Shown: positions 45,441 through 55,250 of the stretch, one piece after another
How the letters are laid out: every line of letters starts with the position of its first letter
How positions within the stretch are numbered: the stretch's first letter is position 1
Assembly (NCBI GenBank): GCA_937891895.1
Contig: CALATN010000218.1
Span: forward strand, 7,081-71,080
Length of the DNA stretch: 64,000 nucleotides
DNA from: an uncultured Clostridia bacterium
GTDB taxonomy: Bacteria > Bacillota > Clostridia > Oscillospirales > Ruminococcaceae
Reading direction: 5' to 3'
Position numbers and translations under genes: made by a program
Notes under the pieces: generated by a model
Told to the model about the DNA's origin: nothing
Database searches by the model: none
What the model saw: only the letters and a program-made list of their open reading frames with translations

Positions 45441-45535
45441 ACTTTTTTGCCTGTTTTTGGACGTAAATGTGCAAAGTGCCTAAAATATGACGGAAAATTC
45501 CGTGGCTAAAAAGTGAACTTTTTTCAGAAATAACC

Positions 45536-45564
45536 TTTAAATCTGTCTTAAAGTATGGTATAAT
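45536..45564 (+). promoter_or_regulatory. possible internal promoter ahead of motB (TTTAAA-17-TATAAT, TGn extended)
   Basis: -10 at 45559-45564 preceded by TGG. -35-like hexamer at 45536-45541. Confidence 0.4.
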
Positions 45565-45624
45565 TATATAACTTAAATTATACTCGGATGAATTATAGCA
45601 TTATGTCGAAAGGGGGAAAAGACT

Positions 45625-46542
45625 TTGGCTAAAAGAAGACCGGCACCTGAAGAAGAAGGCGCTAACTGGATGGACACCTATGGTGATATGATTACGCTGG
45701 TTCTTACATTCTTCGTTCTGCTTTATTCAATGTCCTCCATGGACGCAAGCAAATGGCAGTATATTGCCGAGGCTTTCTCCAAGGGTAAGATTTCCGATAC
45801 ACAGGTTCAGGTTGTCGGTAAGCCTGACCCCGAAAATGACCCTACTGCAGTTTATGACGATACGGTGCCTGAGGTTGATGTTTACGACGAAATCGTTGAT
45901 TTTGAGGACTTCTTTATGTATCTTAAGGAAGTTATTACAACCAACAATCTACAGGACAGCGTAAGTGTTGAAATGTCAAACACGGGTGTTTATATGCGTT
46001 TCCGTGACAATATCTTCTTCGCAGGCGACAGTGACGTGCTGCTTGATGAGGGTAAATATATTCTCGATATCATTTCAGACGGTATCAGAAGCGTGAATGA
46101 AAGAATTCACGCAATCAAAGTAAGCGGTCATACCGCAGGCGCGGCAAATTCCGATGCAAATGAATGGACACTTTCATCGGGTCGTGCCACTTCAGTTATC
46201 AACTATATGCTCAGTCTTGACGCTTGTGACCCCGAAAAGTTCTCGGCAGCAGGTTATGGTAAATACCGACCTGTTGATACGAACGATACGGAAGAAGGCA
46301 GACGTCAGAACAGACGAGTTGAAATAGTATTCATCAGAAATGATGTGGATTTCACAGACCCCGAGGTTATCCAGGAGCTGTTCCAGATGGAATACGGCAC
46401 AGACTTTGTTCAGTATTCCACACCTGAAGGTGCGGTTCCCGAAACGGATGCCGCAGTTGAGGCTGCTCCTGAGGCTGATGCCGAAAGGACAGATCCTGAC
46501 AGGGTTTACGTTTCCAAGGAAGACGTACTTGCTGCCGAATAA
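45625..46542 (+). CDS. motB: flagellar stator protein MotB (OmpA-like C-terminal domain)
   Basis: TTG start after AAGGGGG. WMDTYGDMITLVLTFFVLLYSMSSMD (TM helix with conserved Asp). GYGKYRPV...RRQNRRVEIVF. Confidence 0.85.
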   Translation: MAKRRPAPEEEGANWMDTYGDMITLVLTFFVLLYSMSSMDASKWQYIAEAFSKGKISDTQVQVVGKPDPENDPTAVYDDTVPEVDVYDEIVDFEDFFMYLKEVITTNNLQDSVSVEMSNTGVYMRFRDNIFFAGDSDVLLDEGKYILDIISDGIRSVNERIHAIKVSGHTAGAANSDANEWTLSSGRATSVINYMLSLDACDPEKFSAAGYGKYRPVDTNDTEEGRRQNRRVEIVFIRNDVDFTDPEVIQELFQMEYGTDFVQYSTPEGAVPETDAAVEAAPEADAERTDPDRVYVSKEDVLAAE

Positions 46543-46595
46543 GGCAGTTGAATAAAACCGGAAATATCCGTTCCGGAAAGGATGGTTGCTAAAAA

Positions 46596-47606
46596 ATGGC
46601 TGACGTATTGTCACAAAGCCAGATTGACGCACTGCTGAACAGCTTTTCTGCCGAAGGCTCAAAAGCCTTTGAGGAGATAGAGGAACAGTCCAAGGAGCAG
46701 AAGATAAAGAACTATGACTTCAAGATGCCTAAGAAGTTCACCAAGGAACAGCTCAAGGTTATCGACGGTATCTTTGAAAACTACTCCCGAGTGCTTTCCT
46801 CGTATCTGACAGGTCTTATGAGAGTTTATTGTAAGGTTGAGGTTCTACAGATAGAAGAGCAGCTTTACTATGAGTTCAACAATGCGTTGCCTGACTATGT
46901 TATGATGTCAATGGTTAATATGGGTATAACCGATGACGATGTTCTGGAAACAAACTGCATTATGCAGGTTTCCAACCCGATTGCTTATTCAATGATGGAT
47001 CGCCTTATGGGCGGAAGCGGAAACTATGTTGAACAGAACAGGGATTTTTCCGAAATTGAAATTGGTCTTTTCTCCACTGTTCTGAACAAAATGGCAGGTC
47101 TGCTTAAAGACCCTTGGGGTACATATATAGATATCAATCCGTCGATTACAACGATTGAAACAAATGCAAGAGTCATGCAGTCCATTTCTCCTGACGAGGT
47201 TGTAATTCTCGTTGTACTTGAAATGGAGATAAAGGATCTCAAGAACACTATGACCTTCTGCATCCCTGCTATGAACCTTGAGTCAATCATGGCGAAATTC
47301 GGCGACAGATGGTCAAGAACAACGAAGAAGCTTGACCCGAAGAGAGAAAAGGAAAGACGCTTCTCTCTGCTTGAAGCTATCAAGGATTCCGATCTCAGAA
47401 TTGATACAATTCTGTGTGACACAAAGCTTGACCTGTTCGATGTGCTTACGATGCAGGTGGGCGACATAATTCCTTTGAATATGCCGATTGACAGCAATGT
47501 TACCGTGAAAATCGGAGACAATATTTGGTTCGACGGTAAGCTTGGTATAAAGAACAAGAAGAAAGCTGTCAAGATTGATAACATATACAAGGATTTGGGA
47601 AAATAA
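46596..47606 (+). CDS. fliM: flagellar motor switch protein FliM
   Basis: N-terminal LSQSQIDALL CheY-P-binding motif. 336 aa, with a SpoA-like C-terminal domain. Confidence 0.9.
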   Translation: MADVLSQSQIDALLNSFSAEGSKAFEEIEEQSKEQKIKNYDFKMPKKFTKEQLKVIDGIFENYSRVLSSYLTGLMRVYCKVEVLQIEEQLYYEFNNALPDYVMMSMVNMGITDDDVLETNCIMQVSNPIAYSMMDRLMGGSGNYVEQNRDFSEIEIGLFSTVLNKMAGLLKDPWGTYIDINPSITTIETNARVMQSISPDEVVILVVLEMEIKDLKNTMTFCIPAMNLESIMAKFGDRWSRTTKKLDPKREKERRFSLLEAIKDSDLRIDTILCDTKLDLFDVLTMQVGDIIPLNMPIDSNVTVKIGDNIWFDGKLGIKNKKKAVKIDNIYKDLGK

Positions 47607-47657
47607 CCGTGCAGAAGCAAACGGATTATTCTGCATACGGAAAGGAAGGTTACTCTA

Positions 47658-48959
47658 ATGAGCGATGAGAAGATTATTCTCGAAGGCTTCGGCGATATAG
47701 AGATGGACGCCATCGGAGAGATAATGAATATTACCATGGGTTCGGCGGCAACAGCAGTTTCCAATATGCTTTCCGCCAAGGTATGGATTACCACCCCTCA
47801 GGTAAGCATTGTCAAGTCCGAGGAGTTGTCTTTCCCTGAGCTTGAACCTTCGATAATGGTAAGAATTAAATATACACAGGGTGTTTCGGGACAAAATGTT
47901 CTTGTTCTCAAGCAGAACGACGTTCAGCTTATTCTTAATCAGCTGATGGGTCTGCCGCTGGAGGTTACAGATGATTTCCAGTTTGATGAAATGAACATTT
48001 CCGCTGTGTGTGAGGTTATGAATCAGATGATGGGTGCCTCTGCAACAGCACTTTCCGAAATCATTGAAACTACAGTTGATATCTCAACTCCTGAAGCAAT
48101 TGTTCAGGAGGGCAGCACAGCCGAAAATATGAGGAACGAAATGTACGAGATTGCAGGACAGGATCACGTCTGCACCGTAAAGTTCGACCTTACAATTGAC
48201 GGCGTAATCAATTCGGAATTTATCTCTGTACTGACACTTGACCTTGCCAAGGATATGGCAGACAAGATGATGGCAGGATACAACAATATTATGGACAGCA
48301 TTGAAGAGGTTGAGCCTGAACCGGCTCCCGCTCCTGCTCCTGCACCTTCTTCAGGCGGAGGAACACTTTCTCAGGAAGAAATTGAGGCGCTTCTCAGCGG
48401 CGGCGCAGCGGCTGCGGCTCCTGCTCCTGCTGCAGAACCTGCACCTGCTCCGACACCTGCACCTCAGGCAATGCCTCAGGGAATGCCACAGATGCCATAC
48501 GGTCAGCCAATGGATCCGAATATGGCGGCTATGTACGGTATGTATCCGCAGGGAATGTATCCTCAGCAGCCAATGATGCAGCAGCCGATGATGCAGCCTC
48601 AGATGATGCCGCAGCAGCCAGCTGTGAATGTTCAGCCCGTTCAGCTTCAGAGCTTTGCTTCATATCAGAACAATACACTCTCTCAGGAGCAGAACGATAA
48701 TCTCAAGCTGCTGATGAATGTTCCGCTCAACGTTACGGTTGAAATCGGTTCGGCAGTAAAGAAGGTAAAGGATATTCTGGAATTTACACAGGGTACGATT
48801 ATCGAACTCGAACGTCAGGCAGGTGCTCCCGTTGATATTATCGTTAACGGTAACCTGATTGCAAAGGGTGACGTCGTAGTAATCGACGATAACTTTGCGG
48901 TAAGAATTACAGAAATTATCAAGTCTAAGTTCCTTGACACATTAAGCGGCAAGGAGTAA
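47658..48959 (+). CDS. fliY: flagellar motor switch phosphatase FliY (CheC-like N-terminal domain + FliN/SpoA C-terminal domain)
   Basis: DAIGEIMNITMGSAATAVS and AVCEVMNQMMGASATALS (CheC-type repeats). C-terminal VPLNVTVEIGSAVKKVKDILEFTQGTIIELERQAGAPVDIIVNGNLIAKGDVVVID. Confidence 0.88.
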   Translation: MSDEKIILEGFGDIEMDAIGEIMNITMGSAATAVSNMLSAKVWITTPQVSIVKSEELSFPELEPSIMVRIKYTQGVSGQNVLVLKQNDVQLILNQLMGLPLEVTDDFQFDEMNISAVCEVMNQMMGASATALSEIIETTVDISTPEAIVQEGSTAENMRNEMYEIAGQDHVCTVKFDLTIDGVINSEFISVLTLDLAKDMADKMMAGYNNIMDSIEEVEPEPAPAPAPAPSSGGGTLSQEEIEALLSGGAAAAAPAPAAEPAPAPTPAPQAMPQGMPQMPYGQPMDPNMAAMYGMYPQGMYPQQPMMQQPMMQPQMMPQQPAVNVQPVQLQSFASYQNNTLSQEQNDNLKLLMNVPLNVTVEIGSAVKKVKDILEFTQGTIIELERQAGAPVDIIVNGNLIAKGDVVVIDDNFAVRITEIIKSKFLDTLSGKE

Positions 48960-49083
48960 ATAAACAAATAATCGGAGTCAGATGAACGGCTCCAAAGAAT
49001 ATCAAGCAGGAAACGGCTCCGCCCGACGTTTCCGAAGTACAACAAAAAATATTATTCCTGCGGCGGAGAAACGGAGTTTTATT

Positions 49084-49446
49084 ATGGATAAGAAGATTAT
49101 GCTCGTTGACGATGCGGCTTTTATGAGAATGATGATTAAGGACGCTCTCACAAAGAATGGTTACACAAATATCCTCGAGGCTGCTGACGGCGAAATCGCT
49201 TGCAATACATACGCAACAGAAAAGCCTGACCTCGTAATCATGGACATCACAATGCCTAACAAGACAGGTATTGAAGCTCTCCGTGATATCAAGGCTGCTG
49301 ACCCTTCCGCTAAGATTGTTATGTGCTCTGCTATGGGTCAGGAATCCATGGTTGTTGAAGCTATCAAGCTCGGTGCTCTCGACTTTATCGTTAAGCCTTT
49401 CAAGGCTGACAGAATTCTTCAGACTGTTCAGAAGGTTCTCGGCTAA
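49084..49446 (+). CDS. cheY: chemotaxis response regulator CheY
   Basis: MDKKIMLVDDAAFMR..., DLVIMDITMPN, IVMCSAMG, FIVKPF. The ORF upstream of ATG 49084 has no protein-like character. Confidence 0.9.
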   Translation: MDKKIMLVDDAAFMRMMIKDALTKNGYTNILEAADGEIACNTYATEKPDLVIMDITMPNKTGIEALRDIKAADPSAKIVMCSAMGQESMVVEAIKLGALDFIVKPFKADRILQTVQKVLG

Positions 49447-49449
49447 TAA

Positions 49450-49857
49450 ATGATTGGCGAAGTTTTTACTGTAATCTGCGCCTTGCTTGGCGTAATAGGT
49501 CTGCTGTTTCTGACCTTTTACGCCTACAAATGGCTCAATAAGCACCGTATGTCAGGCGGTTTCGGGTATAACAACCGTTCGGTGAAAATTATTGAGTACG
49601 TCAGCATTGCGCAGGATAAGCAGCTGATGATTGTTTCTGTGGGAAGCAAGAAAATGCTTCTCGGGGTTACACCTAACGCTGTTACAAAAATATGCGACCT
49701 TGATGATGAGGACATAGTTATGCCCGAAGACGTGTCCGATGGCGAGGAAAGCAGTTTTATGAAAAGTCTTAAAAAAGCGTTTGCCGAAAGAAATAAGGTA
49801 AGCGCTGAAACCGTTGAAAATAAAGAGGACGGACGGAATGAAAAAAATGATTTTTAA
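49450..49857 (+). CDS. fliO: flagellar biosynthesis protein FliO/FliZ
   Basis: Single N-terminal TM, IIEYVSIAQDKQLMIVSVGSKKMLLGVT, positioned before fliP. Confidence 0.7.
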   Translation: MIGEVFTVICALLGVIGLLFLTFYAYKWLNKHRMSGGFGYNNRSVKIIEYVSIAQDKQLMIVSVGSKKMLLGVTPNAVTKICDLDDEDIVMPEDVSDGEESSFMKSLKKAFAERNKVSAETVENKEDGRNEKNDF

Positions 49858-50773
49858 GAGGCTTGTCAAGGCTTCAGCGGGGATAATCTGCGCTGCGGTG
49901 ATGGCGGCTTCCCTTCCCTCCGTGACTGCTTTTGCCGTTTCGGAGCCTGAAACTACGGGGATTGTTACTACGATACCTAATCTGGAAACAACCGCCCCGC
50001 AGACAGAACAAACCCAGCCTGAGGCTGCGGATATTGAAGAAGCGGTTACAACAACGGCGCTGCCTTATGAAGAGCCGCTGACAGATGATGAGGAGGCACA
50101 GAACCTTCTTGATCAGCTGAATATCAACGAAAGCTCCACTACGATTGACCTGATTATTTTAATTACAATTCTTTCTCTTGCGCCATCAATTCTTGTAATG
50201 CTTACCTGCTTTACAAGAATTATCATTTCATTCTCGCTTCTGCGAAATGCTATGGGTGTGCAGCAGACTCCACCTAATCAGGTTATGATCGGGCTTGCGC
50301 TGTTTCTGACTTTGTTTGTTATGACTCCTGTTATCAATGAGATGAATGAGGTTGCCTATGTTCCGTACAAAAACGGGGAGTACACTTCCGTTGAAGCGAT
50401 GCAGGCGGCGTCAAAGCCTCTGAAGGAGTGGATGCTGAAGAACACCAGCAACGATTCCATGGACTTTTTCCTTGGTCTGACAGGCACTGAAATCCAGGCC
50501 GAAACAGAGGAGGAATTTATTGAGGAAGTCAGCTTTGTAACGGTTGTTCCGGCATTTATTTTAAGTGAAATCAAGATAGGATTTGAAATCGGCTTCCTGC
50601 TGTATATTCCTTTCCTGGTTATAGATATTATAGTTTCAACAATCCTTATGTCAATGGGTATGATGATGCTTCCGCCGACAACGGTTTCAATTCCGTTCAA
50701 GCTGCTGCTGTTCATTCTCTGTGACGGTTGGACGCTGCTTGTAGGCTCGCTTGTCACGGGCTTCAACACATAG
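49838..50773 (+). CDS. fliP: flagellar export apparatus protein FliP (with ~90-aa N-terminal signal/acidic extension)
   Basis: LAPSILVMLTCFTRIIISFSLLRNAMGVQQTPPNQV, FLLYIPFLVIDIIVSTILMSMGMMMLPP. ATG 49838 is preferred over TTG 49814. Confidence 0.88.
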   Translation: MKKMIFKRLVKASAGIICAAVMAASLPSVTAFAVSEPETTGIVTTIPNLETTAPQTEQTQPEAADIEEAVTTTALPYEEPLTDDEEAQNLLDQLNINESSTTIDLIILITILSLAPSILVMLTCFTRIIISFSLLRNAMGVQQTPPNQVMIGLALFLTLFVMTPVINEMNEVAYVPYKNGEYTSVEAMQAASKPLKEWMLKNTSNDSMDFFLGLTGTEIQAETEEEFIEEVSFVTVVPAFILSEIKIGFEIGFLLYIPFLVIDIIVSTILMSMGMMMLPPTTVSIPFKLLLFILCDGWTLLVGSLVTGFNT

Positions 50774-50787
50774 CGGAGGTGGCGTAG

Positions 50788-51072
50788 ATGACTGAGGAGC
50801 TTGTACTTGAAATTTTCCGTGAGGCGCTTATCCTGGCGATTAAAATTGCGGGGCCTATGCTGCTGATAAGTATGCTGGTTGGTCTTGTGATTGCGATTTT
50901 GCAGGCGGCAACTCAGGTGCACGAGCAAACCCTTACTTTCGTGCCTAAGGCGCTGACGATTGTTGTTCTGCTGCTGCTTTTTGCCCCTACAATGACGGCA
51001 AGCTGCACAGAATTTGTTTATCACATATTTGAACTGATAAATCAGATAAGCAGTCAGACAGGTGCAATGTAG
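50788..51072 (+). CDS. fliQ: flagellar export apparatus protein FliQ
   Basis: 94 aa, two TM helices. GPMLLISMLVGLVIAILQAATQVHEQTLTFVPK. Confidence 0.88.
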   Translation: MTEELVLEIFREALILAIKIAGPMLLISMLVGLVIAILQAATQVHEQTLTFVPKALTIVVLLLLFAPTMTASCTEFVYHIFELINQISSQTGAM

Positions 51073-51092
51073 CAGGCGGAAAGGAGAAGACG

Positions 51093-51875
51093 TTGGACTT
51101 TTTTATCGTGCTTTTCCGCAGCTTTGAAACCAACATACTGGTTTTTGCACGGATACTTTCAATTTTTGCTTTTACACCGCTTTTATCAAGAAGAAACCTT
51201 CCTGTAATGGTACGTGTTATTCTTTCGATATTCATCACAATGATTGTGATAATGGTAGTTCAGCCTGACCCGATTGATTCGGGCACGCAGGCGGGGATTT
51301 ACCTGATGATGATTCTGAGGGAGGTCTTTATCGGGCTGACTCTCGGGTTCATTACAAATATGTTTTTCAACACCGTGCAGGTCGCAGGTGAAATTATGGA
51401 TATGCAGTCCGGTCTGGGTATGGCTAAGGTATTTGACCCTGAAACCAACGTGCAGATGTCAATTATGGGCTCTATCATCAGCTTTATGATGTATCTGTAT
51501 TTCTTTGCAACAAATGCACATATGTCATACATACAGCTTTTTGTAATAAGCTTTGACGCACTTCCAATCGGTGCAGAGGGCTTCAATCCCGATTTGGGAT
51601 ACAATATCGTGTCTTATATGTCGGTGTTGCTTGCAACAGTCATCAAGCTTGCAATGCCTATTCTTGCGGCAGGCTTTATACTGGAATTCTGCGTCGGAAT
51701 GCTTATGAAATCCGTTCCGCAGATTCAGATTATGGTTGTCAACATCCAGCTGAAGGTTGCGGTTGGATTTATGATGCTGTTTTTAATTGCAATTCCGATT
51801 TCGGAATTTGTTGACAGATACCTGAAAATGTGGCTGGATACTCTCGGAGAGTTTATGACAACTATGCCCGCATAG
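51093..51875 (+). CDS. fliR: flagellar export apparatus protein FliR
   Basis: TTG start after AAAGGAG. Polytopic, 260 aa, positioned between fliQ and flhB. Confidence 0.82.
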   Translation: MDFFIVLFRSFETNILVFARILSIFAFTPLLSRRNLPVMVRVILSIFITMIVIMVVQPDPIDSGTQAGIYLMMILREVFIGLTLGFITNMFFNTVQVAGEIMDMQSGLGMAKVFDPETNVQMSIMGSIISFMMYLYFFATNAHMSYIQLFVISFDALPIGAEGFNPDLGYNIVSYMSVLLATVIKLAMPILAAGFILEFCVGMLMKSVPQIQIMVVNIQLKVAVGFMMLFLIAIPISEFVDRYLKMWLDTLGEFMTTMPA

Positions 51876-51950
51876 TTTTATGTATACATAGACTTATGTA
51901 TTGCATAGTTTTATGTATACGTAGACTTATGTATTGCATAGCTTCATGTC
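51870..51950 (+). repeat. 33-bp tandem direct repeat, 2.4 copies, between fliR and flhB
   Basis: GCATAGTTTTATGTATAC(A/G)TAGACTTATGTATT at 51870-51902 and 51903-51935, with a partial third copy to about 51949. Copy 1 contains the 12-bp palindrome TATGTATACATA. Confidence 0.9.
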
Positions 51951-51977
51951 TTTACCAATAAATAAAAGGAGATTTCT

Positions 51978-53075
51978 ATGGCTGAAGGAAGCGGCGGCGA
52001 AAAAACCGAAAAGGCGACCTCGCACAAGCGCAGTGAAATGCGTAAGGAAGGCAACGTTATGCAAAGCAAGGACGTTGTCACGGCGGCGTCAGTTCTGGTA
52101 ATGTTTTTCGTGCTGAGAATTATTGCTCAGCTTATGTACAGAACCGTTACGGAGGATATGTCCTACTGGATAGGCATTGCAGGCCATGGAATGGACGATA
52201 ACGGTACAAAGATTGAAGGAATGGAAATTGCTTCAAAGCTTGTTATCGAAATCGGAAAAACCGTTCTTCTTTCCGCAGGTCCGCTTCTGGCAATTTCAAT
52301 GATAATTCCGATTATTGCAACGGGTATTCAGACAAAATTTATTTTCTGCACAAAATCCTTTCAGTTCAAGCTTGACAAGCTTAATCCGATAAACGGCATA
52401 AAGAGAATGTTCTCATTAAGCGGGCTTTTTGAGCTTGCTAAATCTATCATAAAGCTTGTTATTCTTGTTGCTGTTGTGTACAGTGAAATCAAAGGAAGAA
52501 TAGGCGAGATATCAAGACTTCTGCAATATGAAGCAGGTGTTGGTCTGGTTTATATTGCGGATACGATTTTTGCGATATGTATGAAGCTTGCGGCGGTTTT
52601 TGTTGCTGTTGCGGCTGTGGATTACCTTTACCAGAAATATAAATGGGAAAAGGACGCAATGATGACAAAGCAAGAGGTCAAGGAAGAATACAAGATGATG
52701 GAAGGCGACCCTCAGGTTAAGGGTAAGCGTAAACAAAAGCAGCAGCAGATGGCTATGGCAAGAATGATGCAGGCTGTTCCTGAGGCTGATGTAATCATCA
52801 GAAACCCTACTCACTTTGCGGTTGCGATTAAATATGACGAAAACAAGGACCGTGCACCGATTGTTGTTGCAAAGGGTGCGGACAAGGTTGCTTTCAGAAT
52901 TATAGATAAGGCGGAAGAACACAACGTAAAGGTTGTGGAAAATGTTCCGCTGGCAAGAGGGCTTTACAAGTCCGTTGATATAGGAAGGGAAATCCCTTAT
53001 GAGTTTTACCACGCTGTTGCCGAGGTTCTGGCATTTGTATACGGCCTGAACGGAAAGGCGCCGAAAGGCATGTAG
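51978..53075 (+). CDS. flhB: flagellar export switch protein FlhB
   Basis: GEKTEKATSHKRSEMRKEG, autocleavage motif NPTHFAVAIKY. Confidence 0.92.
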   Translation: MAEGSGGEKTEKATSHKRSEMRKEGNVMQSKDVVTAASVLVMFFVLRIIAQLMYRTVTEDMSYWIGIAGHGMDDNGTKIEGMEIASKLVIEIGKTVLLSAGPLLAISMIIPIIATGIQTKFIFCTKSFQFKLDKLNPINGIKRMFSLSGLFELAKSIIKLVILVAVVYSEIKGRIGEISRLLQYEAGVGLVYIADTIFAICMKLAAVFVAVAAVDYLYQKYKWEKDAMMTKQEVKEEYKMMEGDPQVKGKRKQKQQQMAMARMMQAVPEADVIIRNPTHFAVAIKYDENKDRAPIVVAKGADKVAFRIIDKAEEHNVKVVENVPLARGLYKSVDIGREIPYEFYHAVAEVLAFVYGLNGKAPKGM

Positions 53076-53112
53076 GCAGCAGTTCAGATAGAAAGGCAGG
53101 CTGCGTTATACC

Positions 53113-55188
53113 GTGAAAAATATATTGAATAACTCGGTAACGGTATTCGTTATCCTGGCAATATTCCTGATTATCATACCGCTTCCTACCTGGCTGCTGG
53201 ATATGCTTTTTGTTGTGAATATTGCGCTGTCACTGGTTATTCTTCTTTTTACAATGTATATCAAGGAGCCTCTGGAATTGTCAATTTTCCCGTCAATGCT
53301 CCTTATTACAACAATATTCAGACTCGGTCTGAATATTTCTTCAACACGTCTTATCCTGATGAATCAGGGTAACGCGGGTCAGATAGTAAAATCCTTCGGT
53401 CAATTCGTAATGGGCGGTAACGCCGTTATCGGATTTATCGTATTTATACTTATCACTGTAGTTCAGATGCTCGTTGTTACAAAGGGTGCTGAACGAGTTG
53501 CTGAAGTAACAGCAAGATTTACCCTCGATGCTATGCCCGGTAAGCAGATGGCTATTGACGCCGACCTTAACTCGGGTATCATCACAGAGGACGAAGCAAA
53601 GCTGCGTCGTCTGAAAATTCAGCGTGAGTCCGATTTCTTCGGCGCTATGGACGGTGCTTCCAAGTTCGTTAAGGGTGACGCAACCTTCTCTATTGTTGCG
53701 GCAATCGTTAACCTGTTGGGCGGCGCTGTAATGGGTCTTATCTTTGACGGAATGGAATTCATGGAAGTGCTTAGCGTTTACTCACTGGCAACAGTTGGTG
53801 ACGGTCTTTGTTCACAGGTACCTGCGCTGCTGATTTCCACATCAATGGGTATGATTGTTACCCGAAGTGCTTCCGAAGATACTCTTAACTCCGATATTCT
53901 GGGGCAGATGCGTGCGCAGCCAATGGTAATGCTTATCGCAGGCGGCGTAATGATTATTATGATGCTTATCCCGGGATTTCCGAAGGTTCAGCTTTGCGTA
54001 CTTGGTGTTGCACTTATTGTGCTCGGTACGATGCTTCTTCGTTCTCAGAATCAGGCGGCTGTACAGACAGATGCTGCCGTGCAGGAAATGGAAGCCCACA
54101 AGGAAGCTCTTTCCGAAATGGAGTATTACAAGGACATCGACAACGTGTACAAGCTGCTTAACGTTGAGCCGATTGAAATGGAATTCGGCTACAGCCTTAT
54201 TCCGCTTGCTGACGAAAATTCAGGCGGTACGCTTATCGAGCGTGTCGTAATTTTCAGAAAACAGTTTGCTATGGATATGGGTATGGTATTCCCGTCGGTA
54301 AGAATGACCGATAACCAGCATATCAACCCTAACCAATATGTTATAAAAATCAAGGGTGAGGTTGTTGCTCAGGCGGAAATCCTGATGGACCACTACCTTG
54401 CTCTCGACAGCGGAAGTGTTACAAAAGAGGTTGACGGTATCGATACTGTTGAGCCTGCGTTCAATATTCCCGCGAGATGGATTTCCGAGCAGAACAAGCT
54501 TCGTGCGGAAATCGCAGGCTATACGCTTATTGACCCGACATCCGTAATCATTACGCACTTGTCGGAAATTATAAAGAACTATTCTCACGAGCTGCTTTCA
54601 AGACAGGATGTCAAGACTATGCTTGACAAGCTGAAGACTACTAACCCGACAATTGTTGAGGATATTGTTCCGAATGTTGTTTCTCCTGCGTATTTGCAGA
54701 AGGTGCTTTGCCTGCTGCTCAAGGAGGGTGTGCCTATCCGTGACCTCCAGACTATTCTGGAAACAATTGCGGATAATCAGCACAATATGAAGGATGTTGA
54801 CATTACGACAGAATATGTACGTCAGGCACTCAAGCGAACTATTACACGACGTTTTTCCGACGGCGGTCAGATAAGAGTGCTTACTCTCGATACCGAAACG
54901 GAAAACAAGATTGTCGCATCGGTAAAGAAATCCGAGCAGGGCTCATATCTTGCAATGGACCCGCAGTCAATTCAGGAGCTTATTGCTTCGCTTAATGAAC
55001 AGATTGACAAGGTCAAGGATGTTGTTCCTATGCCGATTGTACTTACATCGCCTATCGTGCGTATATATTTCAAGAAGCTGATTGACCAGTTCATCCCGAA
55101 TGTTACGGTGCTTTCCTTCAGTGAGATTGATAATTCCGTGCAGATTCAGGCTGTAGGCAATGTTACAATTGAGGGTGCTATGGTTTAA
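53113..55188 (+). CDS. flhA: flagellar export gate protein FlhA
   Basis: GTG start. ARFTLDAMPGKQMAIDADL, GAMDGASKFVKGDA. 691 aa. Confidence 0.92.
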   Translation: MKNILNNSVTVFVILAIFLIIIPLPTWLLDMLFVVNIALSLVILLFTMYIKEPLELSIFPSMLLITTIFRLGLNISSTRLILMNQGNAGQIVKSFGQFVMGGNAVIGFIVFILITVVQMLVVTKGAERVAEVTARFTLDAMPGKQMAIDADLNSGIITEDEAKLRRLKIQRESDFFGAMDGASKFVKGDATFSIVAAIVNLLGGAVMGLIFDGMEFMEVLSVYSLATVGDGLCSQVPALLISTSMGMIVTRSASEDTLNSDILGQMRAQPMVMLIAGGVMIIMMLIPGFPKVQLCVLGVALIVLGTMLLRSQNQAAVQTDAAVQEMEAHKEALSEMEYYKDIDNVYKLLNVEPIEMEFGYSLIPLADENSGGTLIERVVIFRKQFAMDMGMVFPSVRMTDNQHINPNQYVIKIKGEVVAQAEILMDHYLALDSGSVTKEVDGIDTVEPAFNIPARWISEQNKLRAEIAGYTLIDPTSVIITHLSEIIKNYSHELLSRQDVKTMLDKLKTTNPTIVEDIVPNVVSPAYLQKVLCLLLKEGVPIRDLQTILETIADNQHNMKDVDITTEYVRQALKRTITRRFSDGGQIRVLTLDTETENKIVASVKKSEQGSYLAMDPQSIQELIASLNEQIDKVKDVVPMPIVLTSPIVRIYFKKLIDQFIPNVTVLSFSEIDNSVQIQAVGNVTIEGAMV

Positions 55189-55250
55189 AAATGACAGTTA
55201 ATTAACGTGGGTGCGGATTGACAGGCTGCACTGAGGCGGAGGTGAGTTTT

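Noticed and set aside
48982-49083. Upstream in-frame extension of cheY
   Set aside because: CheY proteins start a few residues before the DD pair. ATG 49084 gives MDKKIMLVDD, and the extension lies in a structured spacer.
51870-51950. CRISPR array
   Set aside because: There are only 2.4 directly abutting copies of a 33-bp unit with no spacers, and no cas genes anywhere in the window.
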